A DNA stretch of 64,000 nt. It comes from Blasia pusilla (lineage: Eukaryota). Below, one piece after another: positions 14,071-28,850 of this stretch (positions are counted from its first letter, which is position 1; every line of letters begins with the position of its first letter). The notes beneath the pieces were generated by a model. It was not told the DNA's origin and ran no database searches. It saw nothing but the letters and a program-made list of their open reading frames with translations. The position numbers and the translations under genes are program-made. The stretch is taken from contig CM114271.1 of the NCBI GenBank assembly GCA_050084515.1, positions 20,894,001 to 20,958,000 on the forward strand, given 5' to 3'.

Positions 14071-15175
14071 CTGCACATTGACCAACATAAACATCAACCT
14101 CTTTGTCGAGGAAAAGTTATTCTACAAATACTCAAGGGGTGTGAAATGCTGGACCTTCCACCAACAAAGCATATGAGCATTGTTCACTCTCCTTATTGAT
14201 CCATGCTTCCCTACAAGGCCATAGTTAGCAAAGGGTATTTTTTGTACGCCCACCACCAGTCTGGGCATAAACTCAGTGACCATACAGAAAGTAAATGATG
14301 TACCACAAAGAAATCAGAGTGGATTCCATTACTCAGATATAATTTTCCTCTGAAAATCGGAGGGGCATACATAGAATGGCTGATAGACTCCAATGAGCCT
14401 CCTATTTACTTCAAGTAAAAACTGATGGAAAATCAGATCCTCAATGAATGACAAAAGGAAACATATCGTCATCTAAAGGCATCTAACCATCATTCACATG
14501 GAAAACACTTCCACACTAGATTCCACAATTAAACGAGATGAGAGAGTACGGGTGGTCTAAATGTGTCCCACTGATTGGCTCCATATAATCAACCTTCCAG
14601 AATTCCCCATTTTCTCAACATCTATACATCAGAGTTGTAGCCCAAGTGAGTACAACCAACAAGAACGATTGTGCCAAACTGACTTCTAGGCACAACTCAT
14701 GATAGCTCAGCTGGAAATACTCATTGCTTGATGAACCTGGTAGGTTCAACATTACACTGTTATATGACCCACAGATGTAGACGGACCGGATCATGTCCAT
14801 TGGATCAAAAAGATAGAGGTGGTACTTCTACTGTGAACCCAGCTAAGCCCATTAGCATGCTGACAATTGAACCATATGTCCCCATATGAAACTAGGTCTC
14901 CATTCCAGTTAAATCGGGCAGAGGTTTGGGGAACCACTTGGGATAGACTTTTGAGAAACATGGCTTAAACAAAGATGAGAATGGACCCAGAGAGAAGAAT
15001 GAAGGAGGATTCGAATTCTTTTTTTCAATCATATTTTCACCATCAGTTCAACCATCCAACAGATCTCTAGTGAGATTCCTTATCTCCTTATGCACAAAAA
15101 CACCAAAGAGAGGATCTAGGAACAGCAGGTTTAGAACACCAAACTGAAAGAGAAAAAGGAAAATGTTGGGCAAAC

Positions 15176-15302
15176 CTCATCCTCATCATCCTCTTTGGAA
15201 ATCTCTTCTACACCAAAGCCTGGAATATCAAGGACAACCAATTCCGCTTTCTGCTTTCCACCAGCTCTCCACAAGGTCTCTCCCATAGCCCGCACCAATG
15301 CC
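15176..15302 (-). CDS. MINDY-3-type deubiquitinase, exon 4
   Basis: AG/GT-bounded 127-nt exon ALVRAMGETLWRAGG...EDDEDE; phase consistent. Confidence 0.85.
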
Positions 15303-15879
15303 CTGACATAGCAAACCACACTCACTTCTTAGGACAAGCAAGTGCCAAGATCCTGTTAATCTCTTTCAGTAAAGTAACTGTGGAATACTAACTATTCTCC
15401 TTACATCGATATGAGACTCTGAAATTCTAAGAGAGTGAAAATCCCCACTCTCTAATTGTAGATACAAAGATGTCTGCCGAAGTTGCAATTCAGGAACAGG
15501 GATAGCAGGTTTCATTTGAAAGGATATGAAAAAAGAAAGTAAAGAATTCTGTTCTCCAGACAAATGTCAACATATTACATAAAGGATTTAGTGGCATGTA
15601 GGTTCACAATAAAAAAGGGTCTTACTGAAAACCCAACAAACCCAATCAACAATGTAGCAAGTTAAAAATGACTCATCCATCAGACCAAGGTTTCTTATTC
15701 CTTAATTCTTCATCTTTATCAAGCCTCAGATGATGTACAAGATCCTCATCCAAATGATTGAAACTCTTTAACATGTCCTCCAAATTGTCTGCCAAATATC
15801 AAACCATCGGCCATATTCACATATGCGATGTGAACCCTGATAGTGAATCCAAGCAAGACAAAATGTGGAATCAAGTCAC

Positions 15880-16052
15880 CTTGTCCTTTGACTATCGGAG
15901 TAGACTAGTCGGGGATCGATTGCTTCACTGCGAGGACTAATCACAGATTTTCCAGAATTGCTCGACTGAGACACAGCCATGTCTTTATTCCCGAAAAGTT
16001 GTGCATCAGCCTCATTTTCCGGAACAAATAGGAGATACTTCAGCACTAGTGC
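15880..16052 (-). CDS. MINDY-3-type deubiquitinase, exon 3
   Basis: AG/GT-bounded 173-nt exon ALVLKYLLFVPE...SQRT; phase consistent with neighbouring exons. Confidence 0.85.
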
Positions 16053-16886
16053 CTGCCCAGCGAATGAACATATCAGCATTTTCCTTCCAAATCCAGGCAT
16101 ACAATAAGACAGTCTGCGTTGTCAACAACAGTGCCAACTCAACCGATTTAAGTTGGAGTCATGCTTTACAAGTGATGAGGACCACAAATCTTGGTGTTCC
16201 CAGGTCAGAATGCTAGAACACTCAAGCATGACTAAGATTATTATTCCATGGAAGAGCATAGCCCATTCTCATACAGTTGATTGGTAGACCTTATGAGCCT
16301 GACCAGGATCTGGTGCAAATATTTTGAAGGTTTGCACTGTTGCACAGCGCTGATCCCAGTAGGGCACATAAGGTGCAACAGTAAGCCGAGTCCTACAGCT
16401 CTGCTGAACCAGGCGTAATCTAGACAACTCTAATGTACACTGGGGAGTTCCCAAAATCACCCAGTAACTGTGGAGAAACCAAACCCATAGGTTTGTCCGT
16501 TTTAACCAGACATGCATTTAATGAACAACTTACAATGATGTTTCCTCATTCAATAAACATAGGCATTGTAGTCCTAACTATAGACCTATTAATTTAGCTA
16601 TTACGTTTCCCAATTGCTTGTGCACATGCATTTTAAATGTAGTTGAACCTCAAATCTAAAAGATTATGTAGAGCGGAACCACAACAATATTGCTGCAAAC
16701 CCCATCACTACACGATCAACTTTGTTCACTTCCCTTTAAGACGTTACGAAAATCTCTGCCTACAATGAAATTGGAATTCGAAGAACATAAGACAGCAGAG
16801 AAAAGAGGTCGAAAGCTAGAGTAACTTGAGACCACACAGCTCCCTCAGGTATAGTGGAACGCCCGAGTTAGGCCAAGAGGAAAGAC

Positions 16887-16965
16887 CTGTATGGGTGCAA
16901 GTACCCCACAGGGTCCACCTTCCCGCTGTACCAGTCCTAGACATGTTTCCGGATCGGGACTGAAT
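16887..16965 (-). CDS. MINDY-3-type deubiquitinase, exon 2 (catalytic Cys)
   Basis: AG/GT-bounded 79-nt exon encoding FSPDPETCLGLVQREGGPCGVLAPIQ, the GGPC catalytic motif of the MINDY-3/4 family. Confidence 0.9.
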
Positions 16966-17837
16966 CTGCAGACAGGAAAAGTGATCGCAATTACATGAGT
17001 ACCAACTCAACCTATACCATGGTTGACCGTTCCACCCATGTTTCTGACAATAGTACCAAGTAAATGACTACTGGTCACCGACCTGCTCTGAAGCTGAGAC
17101 ATCGGAAACCAACTACATTGACAAGTCACAAACGACTTGGCCTCATATTAGCCTTCCAAGCCCCCTCTGGAAGCTGGTAAATGGCTACATGATCAATACA
17201 TAGCCCTCTTATGCAAGTGAAGCTCCTTCATTTCATGGAAACGGTAAAATCGAGGCACTCAATAATGCCCGTAAGGCACTCGCCTAACATCGTGAATCCT
17301 TATCTGAACGCCAGGTCTAGTGCGTGAAACTCGTCTTAAAGCATATGCAAACAGCCACTCCATGCACTATTTACTACCCAATTCAACTCATGTAAAATTC
17401 GAATGGGATTAGCGTGGAAGGAGGAGCTCGCATAAACCCATGAACGTTTGGCAAAAATAAAATCTGCGGGAAAAAGCTGTTAGCCAGTTGCAGCCCTCAG
17501 ACCGGAACAGACACCGAACCGGGCACCACGATTTTGGAAAATGAAAAGACGTTCAACGAAGCCCGGAATTGTCCAGAAATTCAAATCCGGACGTCATGAA
17601 GAAGTTAAACTGTGCCCTTTCGACAACAACCAGAAGATCCGCGAGAAAGATGAATGTTTCAAAACTCAGAGTCGAAATTTGTGTAGTCCTCGCCATGTAC
17701 GAAATTGCAAGTCCTGAAATCTTCAATCCGAGAGTGATAGAGAGTAGACATCTGCCCAACCAGTAAACCCGCAGATCGCCAAAAACTCAGCGCCCTCGAG
17801 GGACACGACAGATTGGAGGGAGGCCGGGACTATGCAC

Positions 17838-18352
17838 CTGAAACCTTGATTACACCACTGTGCGAGAACATCCTTTGACATGTTCGTCCCAAACACAATC
17901 GTGTGCAACTGCTCCGCCAAACGATATGGCAGCTGTTGTCGTTCATCTTCGACCCTTCGCTTTCCTCTCACACTCTTCTCTCCCAGTTCTCTTACGCTCG
18001 CTTCCGGAAGGGGCCCCTGCAACCTGTCGTGGACAGGTGCTACACTTTTGCTGGGACTGCGAAGATCATTGATACGCTCAGTCGGAGACGATGACGAAAC
18101 CGAGGGATCGGTGACGCCCGCCAAACCACTTCGGGCCATAGACCTCGTCCACCTCTGCTCTGCTGCCGCAGCAAGAATCTCCCTCTGCAACCGCCGATCT
18201 TTCGCTTCGGCGGTTTCCGTAGGCAAAGAAGGAGTGGCCGGAGGAGAAGAGAGCGTGGCATTGTCCCTGGGCTTACTGCGCTTCGCGTCCGGCACAGGTT
18301 GCAAGCTCATCCGAAACGCCCTCTGCAGCTCCTCATCATCATGCTCACCCAT
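17838..18352 (-). CDS. MINDY-3/FAM188-type deubiquitinase, coding exon 1 (UIM-like motif)
   Basis: ATG at 18352 (MGEHDDEELQRAFRMSLQ, UIM-like); ends QWCNQGF-AG|GT donor at 17838/17837; phase matches exon 2. Confidence 0.85.
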
Positions 18353-21300
18353 CCAGATCTGCTCTTCACTCCCTCGATCAGCCTCCACCTCGTCACTACT
18401 CACTTCCCACTTGTCGATTCTCAGTCACCTCAGCCTCCGTCCGCTTTACTCCACCTCCTTATTATCCTCGAATTCCACCTCACCAATTAGTCCTCCTGTA
18501 CATTTCCAACCTCCCTCCCCTCCCATCCCATCCCATCCCACATTTCATCCTCCTCCCACTCCTGCTGCCTCCCTCACCGCTTCCTCCTCTCCCCCGCACC
18601 CAGAGTACTTTTACCCCTCACTGCCTTCCTTTCCTGATTACAGCGTCCCCCTCCGAGTCTCCGCACCGAAAATCTACACCCGCACGGCTGTGCCCGATCC
18701 TCTGTCATTCACGGATTGAGCGCTCTTCGCTCCTTGCTACCATTGACTATCGGATCATCAGGCGCCCCGTCGAATCCTGCACACCCTAACAAGTTCCTCG
18801 TACCTTCCCCTCATCGCGGAGCACAGAACCTCGCCACTCGTACATAAGTAAATACAGAAGACATGTACGTCGACTCTCCGCTACCTCCGTCCCTCGCTAG
18901 CGGCTGTGCCTACTTTCGACGCCCAGTACCTCTGTTCCTCGCTGGCGGTCGCCTACTTGGGCACCTAGCTAACTAGCTAACTAGCTAGCTCTTCATCGAA
19001 CCTTTCGCCACTCCAGGCCTTCAGCTGCGAGCGGATGAGTGAAAGAGCGGAGCCTTGCTGCCTTTGAGAGAGTCTCCGATAGTCTCAAAGGACCCGCCGG
19101 TGCGTGCGTGCGCGCGCGCGAGCGAGCGAGGGCGGGCGTGTGGACCCGGGCTCTCGCTTGCGGGAGGAGGAGGCAGGCACGCGGCGTCAGTCGATCGCGA
19201 GCAGAACATCCAGAGGAGGACGTCGTCTGGCTGCCTCCAAGCACGGCAGCACGGCGACGCGTGCGCGACCGATACAACTGTGCTGCTAACTGTGGGGAAG
19301 TGGGTCCGAGGGTCCGCCTGGAACGGTCTGCTGGTCTCCGGTCCGGGCATGGCCTATCGGGCGTGATGGTGTCCGTCGGTCTGTCCGTCCGGCCGTATGC
19401 CAGCGGCATCCATCCCGCGTCCGTCCATCCGTCACCCGCCCGGACTGGTCACTGGAGAGCGCAGGTACCATTTGAGTCGGGTTAGGACCGAAGGTCTCAG
19501 GTCGTTAGGAGGTCGTGATAGAACTTTGGTAAAGAAACGGGTTCATTTTTCCAACGGATAACCCAACAACAACACAAATCGGTTACTCTTATGCCTATAG
19601 ACAAGGAGGATGTGAATGACTTGAGGCCAAGCTCATCTTCACAGTACGTCGAGAATTCTATGTTTGTGCATCGCTCTGTTGCGACCTCTCATTTCTATAA
19701 CGAGGAAGTTTGTATCGGAAACGGAAACGGACATTCGTTTCCGTATCGAAAACAAAAACGGACAAGAAACGATGAGGTTTGATCACAACCCCAGCGTGCC
19801 TGAATCACCCAACAAGCGGAAGTGTGTACAACTCTGTAAAAACATCATGTGAGTACTCACTACATCGTCTTGTATGCTCGTTATCTGTGTAATTTGTCAT
19901 TGCTTCATGTGGTCGATCCAATGTTGTTCTAATTGAACTTTGTGAAATTATCTCGCGGGTATCGCTCATGTCATTGCAAACAATGATATCCATTCCCTAC
20001 CCACATAAATTCACTTGTAGTATGCAATGCTATTTGAGTAGACATAACAACATTTACTCCATTTTGGTTTTACTCCTCAAATATTGCAATTACAAATCTG
20101 CACTTTTTGCAAAGTAGAAACATCGGCAAGCTCATTTCCAATGAGTTTTTCATTTATGCCACACTTGTTGTAATGCTGCAATATAGCTTGTGTTTACATG
20201 GCCACACATATTCTCAGTCTTGCAATTTTTACCAGCGATATCATTAAAGCGTGGCTTTCTAACGGCAACTATGTTTCTCTTCAGAGCTTGTTTACGTTAA
20301 TAAAAAAGTCATATCTTCCCTAAGCTAAGTACCATCTTTATGTAAAATGTGTAGGAGCTTTCTCATTCCATGTTTCACAATATTTTTGCATATTTCTATC
20401 CCCGACCGCCCATGTGCACGTGTTTGTTTCAGTTCAGATTTTTACCATGGACTTTATTTTGTCTTCAATTCATGTCAAAAATATTTACACTGTTTTCAAC
20501 ATTGGCAACTTCTGTTTCCATTTTGCAAGAAAGCAGTAAGGCAGCAAACCGCAGTACAAGTTCATATCGCACGCCACCGCCAATTAATTTTGTAAACTCA
20601 AGATGTCAAAGAAGTTGTTCTCCCTACCTCGAGGAGATCCCATTGCCAAGCATGGGTGACCCAGTCTACCGCAGTGACATTTTTCTCATTAGCCTATTTG
20701 ATGCAGCAATGATAAACATAGACATCGTCCAGGACAAGCTAGATGAGAGTGAACCTCATGTCGACATCCTTGGCATGGTAATGCGACCAGTAGTTGGAGA
20801 CGATAGCTCTAACACTAAAAGAATCGTGAAATTGCAACGCCAAGTTAGGGCAATACTTGTTAAGTCATAAGGTTTGTTGCAACATTGCAAAGAAAAATAT
20901 ATATAGCGGCGACACTGAACTTCTTAACATGATTATGGAACTTCAGACCTTGTACAAAGACAAGTAACTTTAATGAAGTTCATATACATATATGTTGGCT
21001 CCTTACCCTGTCTTGCTATTTTCTGCAAACCTCCATTTATGTCTGTTGTTTTTATTACTCGGGTGTACTTTGTACTTTGTACAAATACCTGCAGTCACAC
21101 AACATTTGTACTCAATTTTGATGAACCATTTTGATAATATATTATTCCCTTACTGTGTCTACAAAGTTGCCATCAATGACAATATACTATTGATTCAGTC
21201 GCGCACTCTGCTTTCCAGATATTCATGTTGCTATGCTTTGCTCATTTTACTTCATTTTGCCTTCCCACGGTGTATACTAGTTCTCTTTGTTCTTGTGTAT

Positions 21301-22226
21301 AGCATCATTGATCCATAATATTTTACATGCACCACTAGTACTTACTACGTCCACCTATCCAAGAGTTACTTCGTCTGTTGTAGATAGTAGTGAATTTTTT
21401 TTACATAAAATGATTCTGACACACTTCTTGGTTCCCAATATTGTTGTGAAATCCTATTCACTTCAAACACTACTTCCCGTTCTCCAATAACTTGGCTACT
21501 TTATCATTACGCAATTATGTTCATGAATATTAAGTCCATAACACATAACCTTCAATTCTGTTTACTTGGATTCACCTTTCTGCTATGATTATGAACCTTT
21601 TACTTACCGACATTCCACCAACACAACAATGTCTTAATTGCTTTGTTCATCATGGCCCACTATCAAATTTTTGACCACATATAATTCAAAGGATGCTACG
21701 CCAACAACAATGGGTCAGATGGCCGTTCGCCCGATTCATATTAACAAGTAACAGTCACCAACACAAATCGATATATTTGGTTATTAGCATTCCTCACATT
21801 CATTCGCCACTCATAAAATACATGATAACTCTTGGCACCTCTACAACGTTTCCAAATTTAACTACAACTCACTAGTGGCACTTCTTTATTGGCTTAGGCA
21901 TTATATTGCTCTTAACCTCAACTACCTATTACATGTCCTCGTCATGATAAATAAATTATACACGTGTGTATTTCCTAGCGACTTGCTCTGCTTGCATATG
22001 TCAACGTTGGTGGTAAACATGGGCCGCATTCTTGTTGTTCTTCTAACATTGGGGTGTTCTCTAGTTTCCGTAAAACTTCCACAAAAATTGTTTGTAATAT
22101 TGGAGTTTGGATTGGATCCACATAAGCTATCTAATATTGAGTGAGATGAGAGAAGGTAACAAATTGAGAAATGAACTCTTGAGCCTTGCACTAGTACTGC
22201 CTCTTTGCCTCCTCACAGACTTGATA

Positions 22227-22270
22227 CTAGTTAGGACCCGTGAGGAACTGTGCGATGCACGGTTCTCTAA
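22227..22270 (-). mobile_element. Helitron-like 3' terminus
   Basis: Minus strand reads GAGAACCGTGCATCGCACAGTTCCTC (hairpin)...CTAACTAG|T, matching the hairpin-plus-CTAG end of Helitrons. Confidence 0.55.
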
Positions 22271-25200
22271 TTATACATATATATACACGCCCGGTAAGTA
22301 AAAAAAGTGCCACATGTCATAAATTCCTAAACTCAACAACACTAAACAACACGTGTCTAACTTTGAAGTTGTCGCCATGTCATAAACACTCCTCAAATTA
22401 TAGTATAGATTGGTTACATTATTGAGAATTATCCACGAGTTGTTTCCGTTTGACCATCCAAGCAATTGTTTTGCACTCTATGGAACCCCCAAAATAATAT
22501 CAATTTTTTCACCTCAACTTTAAAAGATGAAAGATTGCAAAGACAGAAAGGATCCGTTCATTTTATCAAAAAGGAATGGTGTCAGCGCATCAAACAAGCA
22601 TCCCAACTTCTGAATATAAAGATAGATCCCATACACCATAAGTAATTATGGTAGGGTTATAAAGTGTGGTAAAATAGGCATTCACTCAAATTAAAGTCAA
22701 GTTGGAGAAATTAGATACTTGTAATATTATAATTTTTATTTGATTATAAGGTTTGGTAAACTTGACTTTGATGCACATACTACAATTTATATCAATAAGT
22801 TTCATTTGTGTTGGTTATGTGGATCAGGATTTTATGTATTTGATTGAATTGCTCACAAGTTTGTATGCAAAATCTATGGTAGAATATGAATTTTTTGTTA
22901 AAAGAAATTGCGATGAATGGAAGAAGAAAAAGTTGTGCGCATAAACATCGTTGTCCACGTCAACACAACAAACATTATTGACCTTTTTGACATAAGTGTA
23001 AATCCGTACACATATAGAAATACACTCACACAAGTATATCAAGACATACAAAAAATATCAAAGTAAGAATATTATACACATCTAACTTTATTTTTGAATT
23101 TACATATCGTCATTAAGTTATATCCATCCTTTGCCATAAGGGAATCTAGACTATAATATCCAAGCTCCTACCAAACCCTAGAAGGTAGAGTATTCCCTAA
23201 ATAGGCTCAATATACTAAAGATGACTCTTGAAAGTTATCTCGTCATCTTTGATCCCTTAGGAAGAGCCAAAAAATACCTCCCCCAAAATTTAGTCAAAAT
23301 TGATAATCGACATATATATATATATAAAAGTTACCTAATGATTATCGACTCGATCAACATGTCGCATTTACTTGAGTGGGTAGAGAGGGAGAGTGTCTCC
23401 CCTTTAGATGCTTCTAAGGTTCTCCGGGGGAACCCCACTTTCCCTATTGTCCCCCTTTGGCTCCTTAATTTTGGCCCTCAACCCAAATATAGTTTGCCAC
23501 CCGCAGATCGTTGTTTGACTAGTTATCCATCAAGATGGCTTAGCGGAGGCTTCTTGCAGCTTATGCAACTCTTGGCTCCCCAAAGGCATCTTGAAGCTTG
23601 GAAGTGCAATTCATGCGTCTCATGGCTAGCGCCCATCTTGACTCATCGTTTGGCATCTTATGGTTGTTTTTCCGCCCTTTGCGTTTCATGACTAGTCTCA
23701 TAGTGTCTACACAATCTTGACTACTCATGTGTTTGTCGCTTCTTGCCCTTGATTTGACGCTTGGCTCCAAGTTCTCAAACCTTGATTGCTTTGCCTTTGT
23801 CCCTACAAGTAGTTATGCCCTTGCCTCACCTAAGGTCAATCACAAGATACATACGCGTCTCACCTAGCATTAGTCCCACAGCCGGTTTTGCCACCCTTCC
23901 AAGTCTTGCAATTAGCTATTCTAGGCTTTGACTTTGGTGGTTCACACCAAGGTCTTTCCTCCTTGGACCCATAATCATGATTATCTTTTCAAGTTTCCGC
24001 CAGCGTGAATGCAATAGACTTAGCTATTTGCGACGCAATGCCTACTATGAATAGGCCCTGTGCATCCATTCGATATTTGAGGAAGACCTCCTACTTTGCC
24101 TTAGATTGGATAAAAGGTCTATAAGGAGGAGCTCCTCATCCTTCTTATCCTTGTCCTCACCCTCACTGTAGGAGGCATCATCTAAATGGTTGTCTCCTCC
24201 AATAAGCCAATCTAATAAGAGATATTGATCTAGGTCAATCTATGCTTTTACGAGCACCCGTCACCACTCCTACCCCATCGGGATGTGGTATGTCATGCTA
24301 CACCATGAACGAAAAGTAGAGAAAGTATCTCTATTGAAAATAAAAAATGGAAGACACTACATGTCATTGAGTACTAGAGTTTCAAGAATGCTCAATAGAT
24401 GGTAAGACATCCTGATCAATGAAGATCTCCTATCAAGTCTTTCGGCCTCGTAGCACATCATCCGCAATCTCACAAGTTGAGAACTGCCCATACCTAGTAA
24501 ACTGTACAAGGTACCCACATAGTGGATTAAGTCTTCTTAATTTCAAACTAACCATACCTACATGATAAGGGTTCTACAAGGTAAGAAATACTTAAAAAGA
24601 CATGTCAAAATATCTCCTCTCCTCCTCGACTAAAGTACAGAGTCCCCGTTGGCGTTGGAGGCAAATTACATGCCTCCACTAACCATTGTCCGTTTAATCA
24701 CTCTCTCTATAGGTCTCCTATTGGTACCCAATCCTTCTGTAAGATAGAAACCGATGATGCGTTGTTGTAGTTTGTGTATGTTGGTGTAGCCATCACCCAT
24801 GCCTTCCACTCCTCATTTGACTCTTGATCCCCTCGCACTGTCTTGCGAGCCCGTTGTTTTTTACGATGACGACGATGCAAATTGAACATACTAGTCAATT
24901 TTTGCATGCAATCCAAAAAAAATAAAAGTTTATTCTTGAAACATAGCCATAATGATGTTCCATATGACTTGACCATAGGTAAGTGGTTATTCCACCCATA
25001 CATCACACGCATTCATGCATTACTTGCATACCTATAGCACGATTAGGCGAAGATCTTCGCATTTGATGTCGATCTATAATCACAAGCACTCAATAAAATG
25101 CTCCTTGACCTCTTGAATCAAATTTTCCCTCACTCCATGTATGGAGACGTTATTTCCTTTTTGTTCATAGTTGACCCTACTTCTGTAGCAATCGCCTTTG

Positions 25201-25656
25201 CATCTTGTACTATCCTACATGGTGGTGGACTTGGAGTTGGTCATAGATTGGCTCCCTATATGTAGAAGAGGCATACCATTGCCTCCTCTACGTGCGCTAA
25301 TTTTTCCTACTACTCATGACACTCCACTATGTGGACCGCTTGTTGTTAGTCGTGCCATAATTCATGAACCAAACTGCTCCGAATTCACTAATGTGAAGAT
25401 GTAGCACTCAACAAGACTAAGTAACATCCCACGGACATGGAGATAACATCCACGATGACAACCCATTTGTTGGTCTTCTTGAATCACCTCAAAACGCTCC
25501 CCCCTACCCAGGTCATCTACTCCGATGCCAGAATAGGAAACAAAAATTAAGGGCTTCATAGCATCTAAGAGGAAGAAGACTAAATGCCTTATTGGAAAAA
25601 TCCTAAGGTGAAAAGTGAAAATTATCAAAAGAAGATGCTTTAATTTCTAACCTTTT

Positions 25657-26830
25657 ATGATATGTATGGGTAGGTGGGTGTGTAGCACAGAGATACGTCT
25701 TGAGGAGTGTGGTCATATGGAAGTGGATCCACTTCCATCACCAGAGATAGCTATGGTTGTCATATGCTTAGAGAGGGTCTTTCCACCTTCATCCATGACC
25801 AAACAATGTCATTGGCTTATCCATTTGGCCAAAGAGGTTGGCAAAGCCAATCCTCTGCATCGTAGATTGATGTGGAGCATTTTATATGCAAATTTAATGT
25901 CTTGATAAAACTAGAGTGAGTGGAGGGTAATATGGTAGAGGGTAACAAGTTAGGTGAGGTCATGTTTTACACATCTGAGTTATCAGTTGCCTTTATATTG
26001 CCACATAAATGGTACAAATATTTGGGTTGATGGATGATGAGGACATTGAAAATGACGATGGGGAGAGAGCATACGAGGCCTATATAAGGCTATATTTTAC
26101 TAACATATGCTGCTCCATACCACACATGTTTGTTCTTATGAACAACTTAGGCATGATAGACTGGTTAGGTTGGTATGACCAAGAGAGGGAAGCATGTCCC
26201 ACAATAGCAACATAAGTGTGAATTCCCCAATTCAAAACCTACATGATTGCTACTCTTCAACAACATTGTGTAAGACAAGGTACGTCAAAGTACTTGCTTT
26301 GGATCTTGACATTGCGGAGAGAGTCACCAAAACTCTTCTCGACACTTGGTCATTTAGGCAATTACAAGGGGATGGTCAAAATTTTTGGATTAGGGCATTG
26401 GATGAGGGATGCACATGAACTCACAACAAGAGAGTATGTGGTACTTTTGAGCAAGCAAGAGTCGTTGGCATTAAGTCATGATACAAAAATTATTAGAGAT
26501 GACCTTCCATGTTTTGAAACGTTGGAGTAGGTAACTGAGTTGAACTTTTGAACCTTTCGAGTGCTAGCCTTGTAGTGCCGATGGCATTAGATACTCCTTT
26601 GGCGGCCCCCATCATCATGGATGATTGTGGCATCTCTAGGATGGAAGCATGATTTCACCAATGATACGATAGAAAGAGCAAATAACCCTTTCGTATTTTC
26701 CTCAAAAGTGGAGCAATGTTTATATATTAATCATATGTCCCTTCACTTGTGGAAGCATATCGTTATATACATCCATAGGAGTATGCATACTTTGCAAAAA
26801 GTAGATAGTGTGCATCGCAAGTGATAGAAA
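25657..26830 (+). mobile_element. CACTA/En-Spm transposase pseudogene fragment (DUF4218/DUF4216-like)
   Basis: LERVFPPSSMTKQCHWLIHLAKEV...PLHRRLMW and NNPFVFSSKVEQCLYI resemble TnpD motifs LEKIFPPSFF..HLxIHL..GPV..RWM and EPFILASQAxQVFYV; heavily decayed. Confidence 0.7.
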
Positions 26831-28817
26831 TTGCATTCACATTATAAATTTTTATTACAATACAATGGATAATTTATCTCTACAATTCACTAAGTCCCTA
26901 ACCTATCACATTCATACCACACTCAATGTTTTTGGTCTCATTTATGAGTTTGTAAAATTTCCTCCATTGGTATGTTTCCTCAGAGGTTGATTGTATCATC
27001 AACAATAGATCTCCTAGGCATCTTATGCATAGTTGAACATGATACTCCTCGAAGGTTTGAGGTTCTTTTGTATCGAGTAAGTAATCCCTTATTTTGGACT
27101 TTTCGTGGGTTGCTAGGCTTGAAGTCTTCCCATTGTATAGTCACTATTAAGCGCAACCCAATATTTGTAGCTTGAGGTGTCCTTTGATGTTTTAGGAGGT
27201 ACTACGACTGAAATTTTGACATCATTTGTTGCATGAACGGTTGAGTACACACCTCTCGTCAAAGAAACCAAAGAAAATAGAATTTCTAGTACCTCACTGC
27301 ACGTGTGACTGACCACATCATCGTTAGACACAATCGTGCCCCCCTCTTGAGTTTGAGCTCGAGTCTTTGAGGTACTCCCCATCTCCCTTGTCACCAAACA
27401 TTATCATTATCAAAAAATGAGGAGCTTATCCATCCTAGAGTACCTTTTATAAGGAATAGAAGAGGACTTCCCATTTACACAATTAGGATGATTGCGAGTT
27501 TCTTGCAACTCCAATGCAAGTCCTCATAGTCACAAATTGTAAATCCCAAAAGCCACTATTTGCAATCAATTTGTGATTCTGATTCGCAAAGGTGTTTGCA
27601 AGTCCATTTCAAGCCTCGTTTGAGTCATCACGGTCATAATAGTAGAACAATTGTACGAACTCAAAAACCAATGATAACTCACAAAGTTGCATCAAGATAC
27701 AATAGAGTCGCTTGAAGTAGACTCCTAAAGTGGCAGTCCCAATCCATCCATCCTCCGCTCTTGGAAATATGAACTCGCAATGGAGTTGCCTTGATACCTC
27801 CATCCCTAGTAGTGTAGATAAATGAATGTGAAAGGGTATACCACATGCAGACCATTCTTAACATCTACTCGTAAAATTATCCACTCCCGTTGAATATCAA
27901 GAGATCTAAAATCCATCAAATCTTTTGAAATCATCTCAAATTGTCTAGGGTGATCACTTGAAATTGATAGAAATAAGAGTGATTGGAAGCCTCATGGTAT
28001 TGGCTCCAAAGAACCTAACGTAAAGTGATCGGAGAAATCCATCCATCCTCCTTGATCAAAGCCAAGAGTCTCCCCCGCTCCCAACACATGGGCCGCTACT
28101 ATTGGAATCTCCCCTTGAGCTAGGTGAGAGGCAACCTAGAGAAAATCGGATAAGCCTCTAGTGGAATCCTATGGGTGGAAGAAATCTCTAAAGTGTTTAC
28201 ACAAGGCATGCTTCTTGAACAAGAAGCAAGTGGTGAAGATCATCTAAGTGTTCATTCAAAGAGGGACAGGTTTAGGAAAACAACCATAAGAAGAATGGAA
28301 GTAACACATGAAAGGTGGGAACTCAACCAATATGTGAGTACAAGCAACTCTCTTCCCGTCCATCTTAACGGTCCATTCTTATTGTTCATACCACTAACTT
28401 ATTTCCTTAGAAACTCTTAGGGCATGTCCCCGTGGAAACGTCCTGCGGGTCCTAGCCCTAACTTTGACTACAGTTCCGAGCCATTTCAGCCAGTGGTCAA
28501 GCAAGATCTTCCTGTGTCGGTTACGAAACCGGTTTTAGGGGACGTCTGTGAAGAACTAATACAGGCTATAGCGATCCAAGGATCGTCCTCAGAATTTCTG
28601 CACCATGATTTTTGCAGCGTGGACAGACCGGTGACCGGTCTTTAGTCGGTGAAATTTCAATCGTCAATCCCCAAGATGTGGGACCTCACGACCTGAAAGT
28701 TGCGCCATGGGGACCTGCCCTTAGACCCAAACCCATAACAAGTTAAAGAGATGCGGATGGGAGGGTAATCCAAATGTAACAAGTTACTCTCGCCTCCCAT
28801 TCACTCCCCATAAAAAA

Positions 28818-28850
28818 CTAACGGGTGCCCGTGCAATGCACAAGTGGAAC
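28818..28850 (-). mobile_element. Degenerate Helitron-like 3' terminus
   Basis: Minus strand ...GTGCATTGCACGGGCACCCGTTAG|T: hairpin followed by TTAG rather than CTAG. Confidence 0.4.

Noticed and set aside
18353-18403. N-terminal extension MSSDEVEADR in the ORF track
   Set aside because: It starts at GTG; the first ATG is at 18352.
17880-18719. 279-aa plus-strand ORF
   Set aside because: Antisense shadow of MINDY exon 1 and its purine-rich 5' UTR; low-complexity Ser/Pro sequence with no domain.
18993-19485. Overlapping ORFs upstream of MINDY
   Set aside because: GC-rich promoter/5' leader sequence that naturally lacks stops; no motif support.
19460-28735. Possible terminal inverted repeats (GCAGGT..CCA / TCAGGTCGT) bounding the intergenic TE block
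   Set aside because: Matches are short, differently spaced and lack a convincing TSD.
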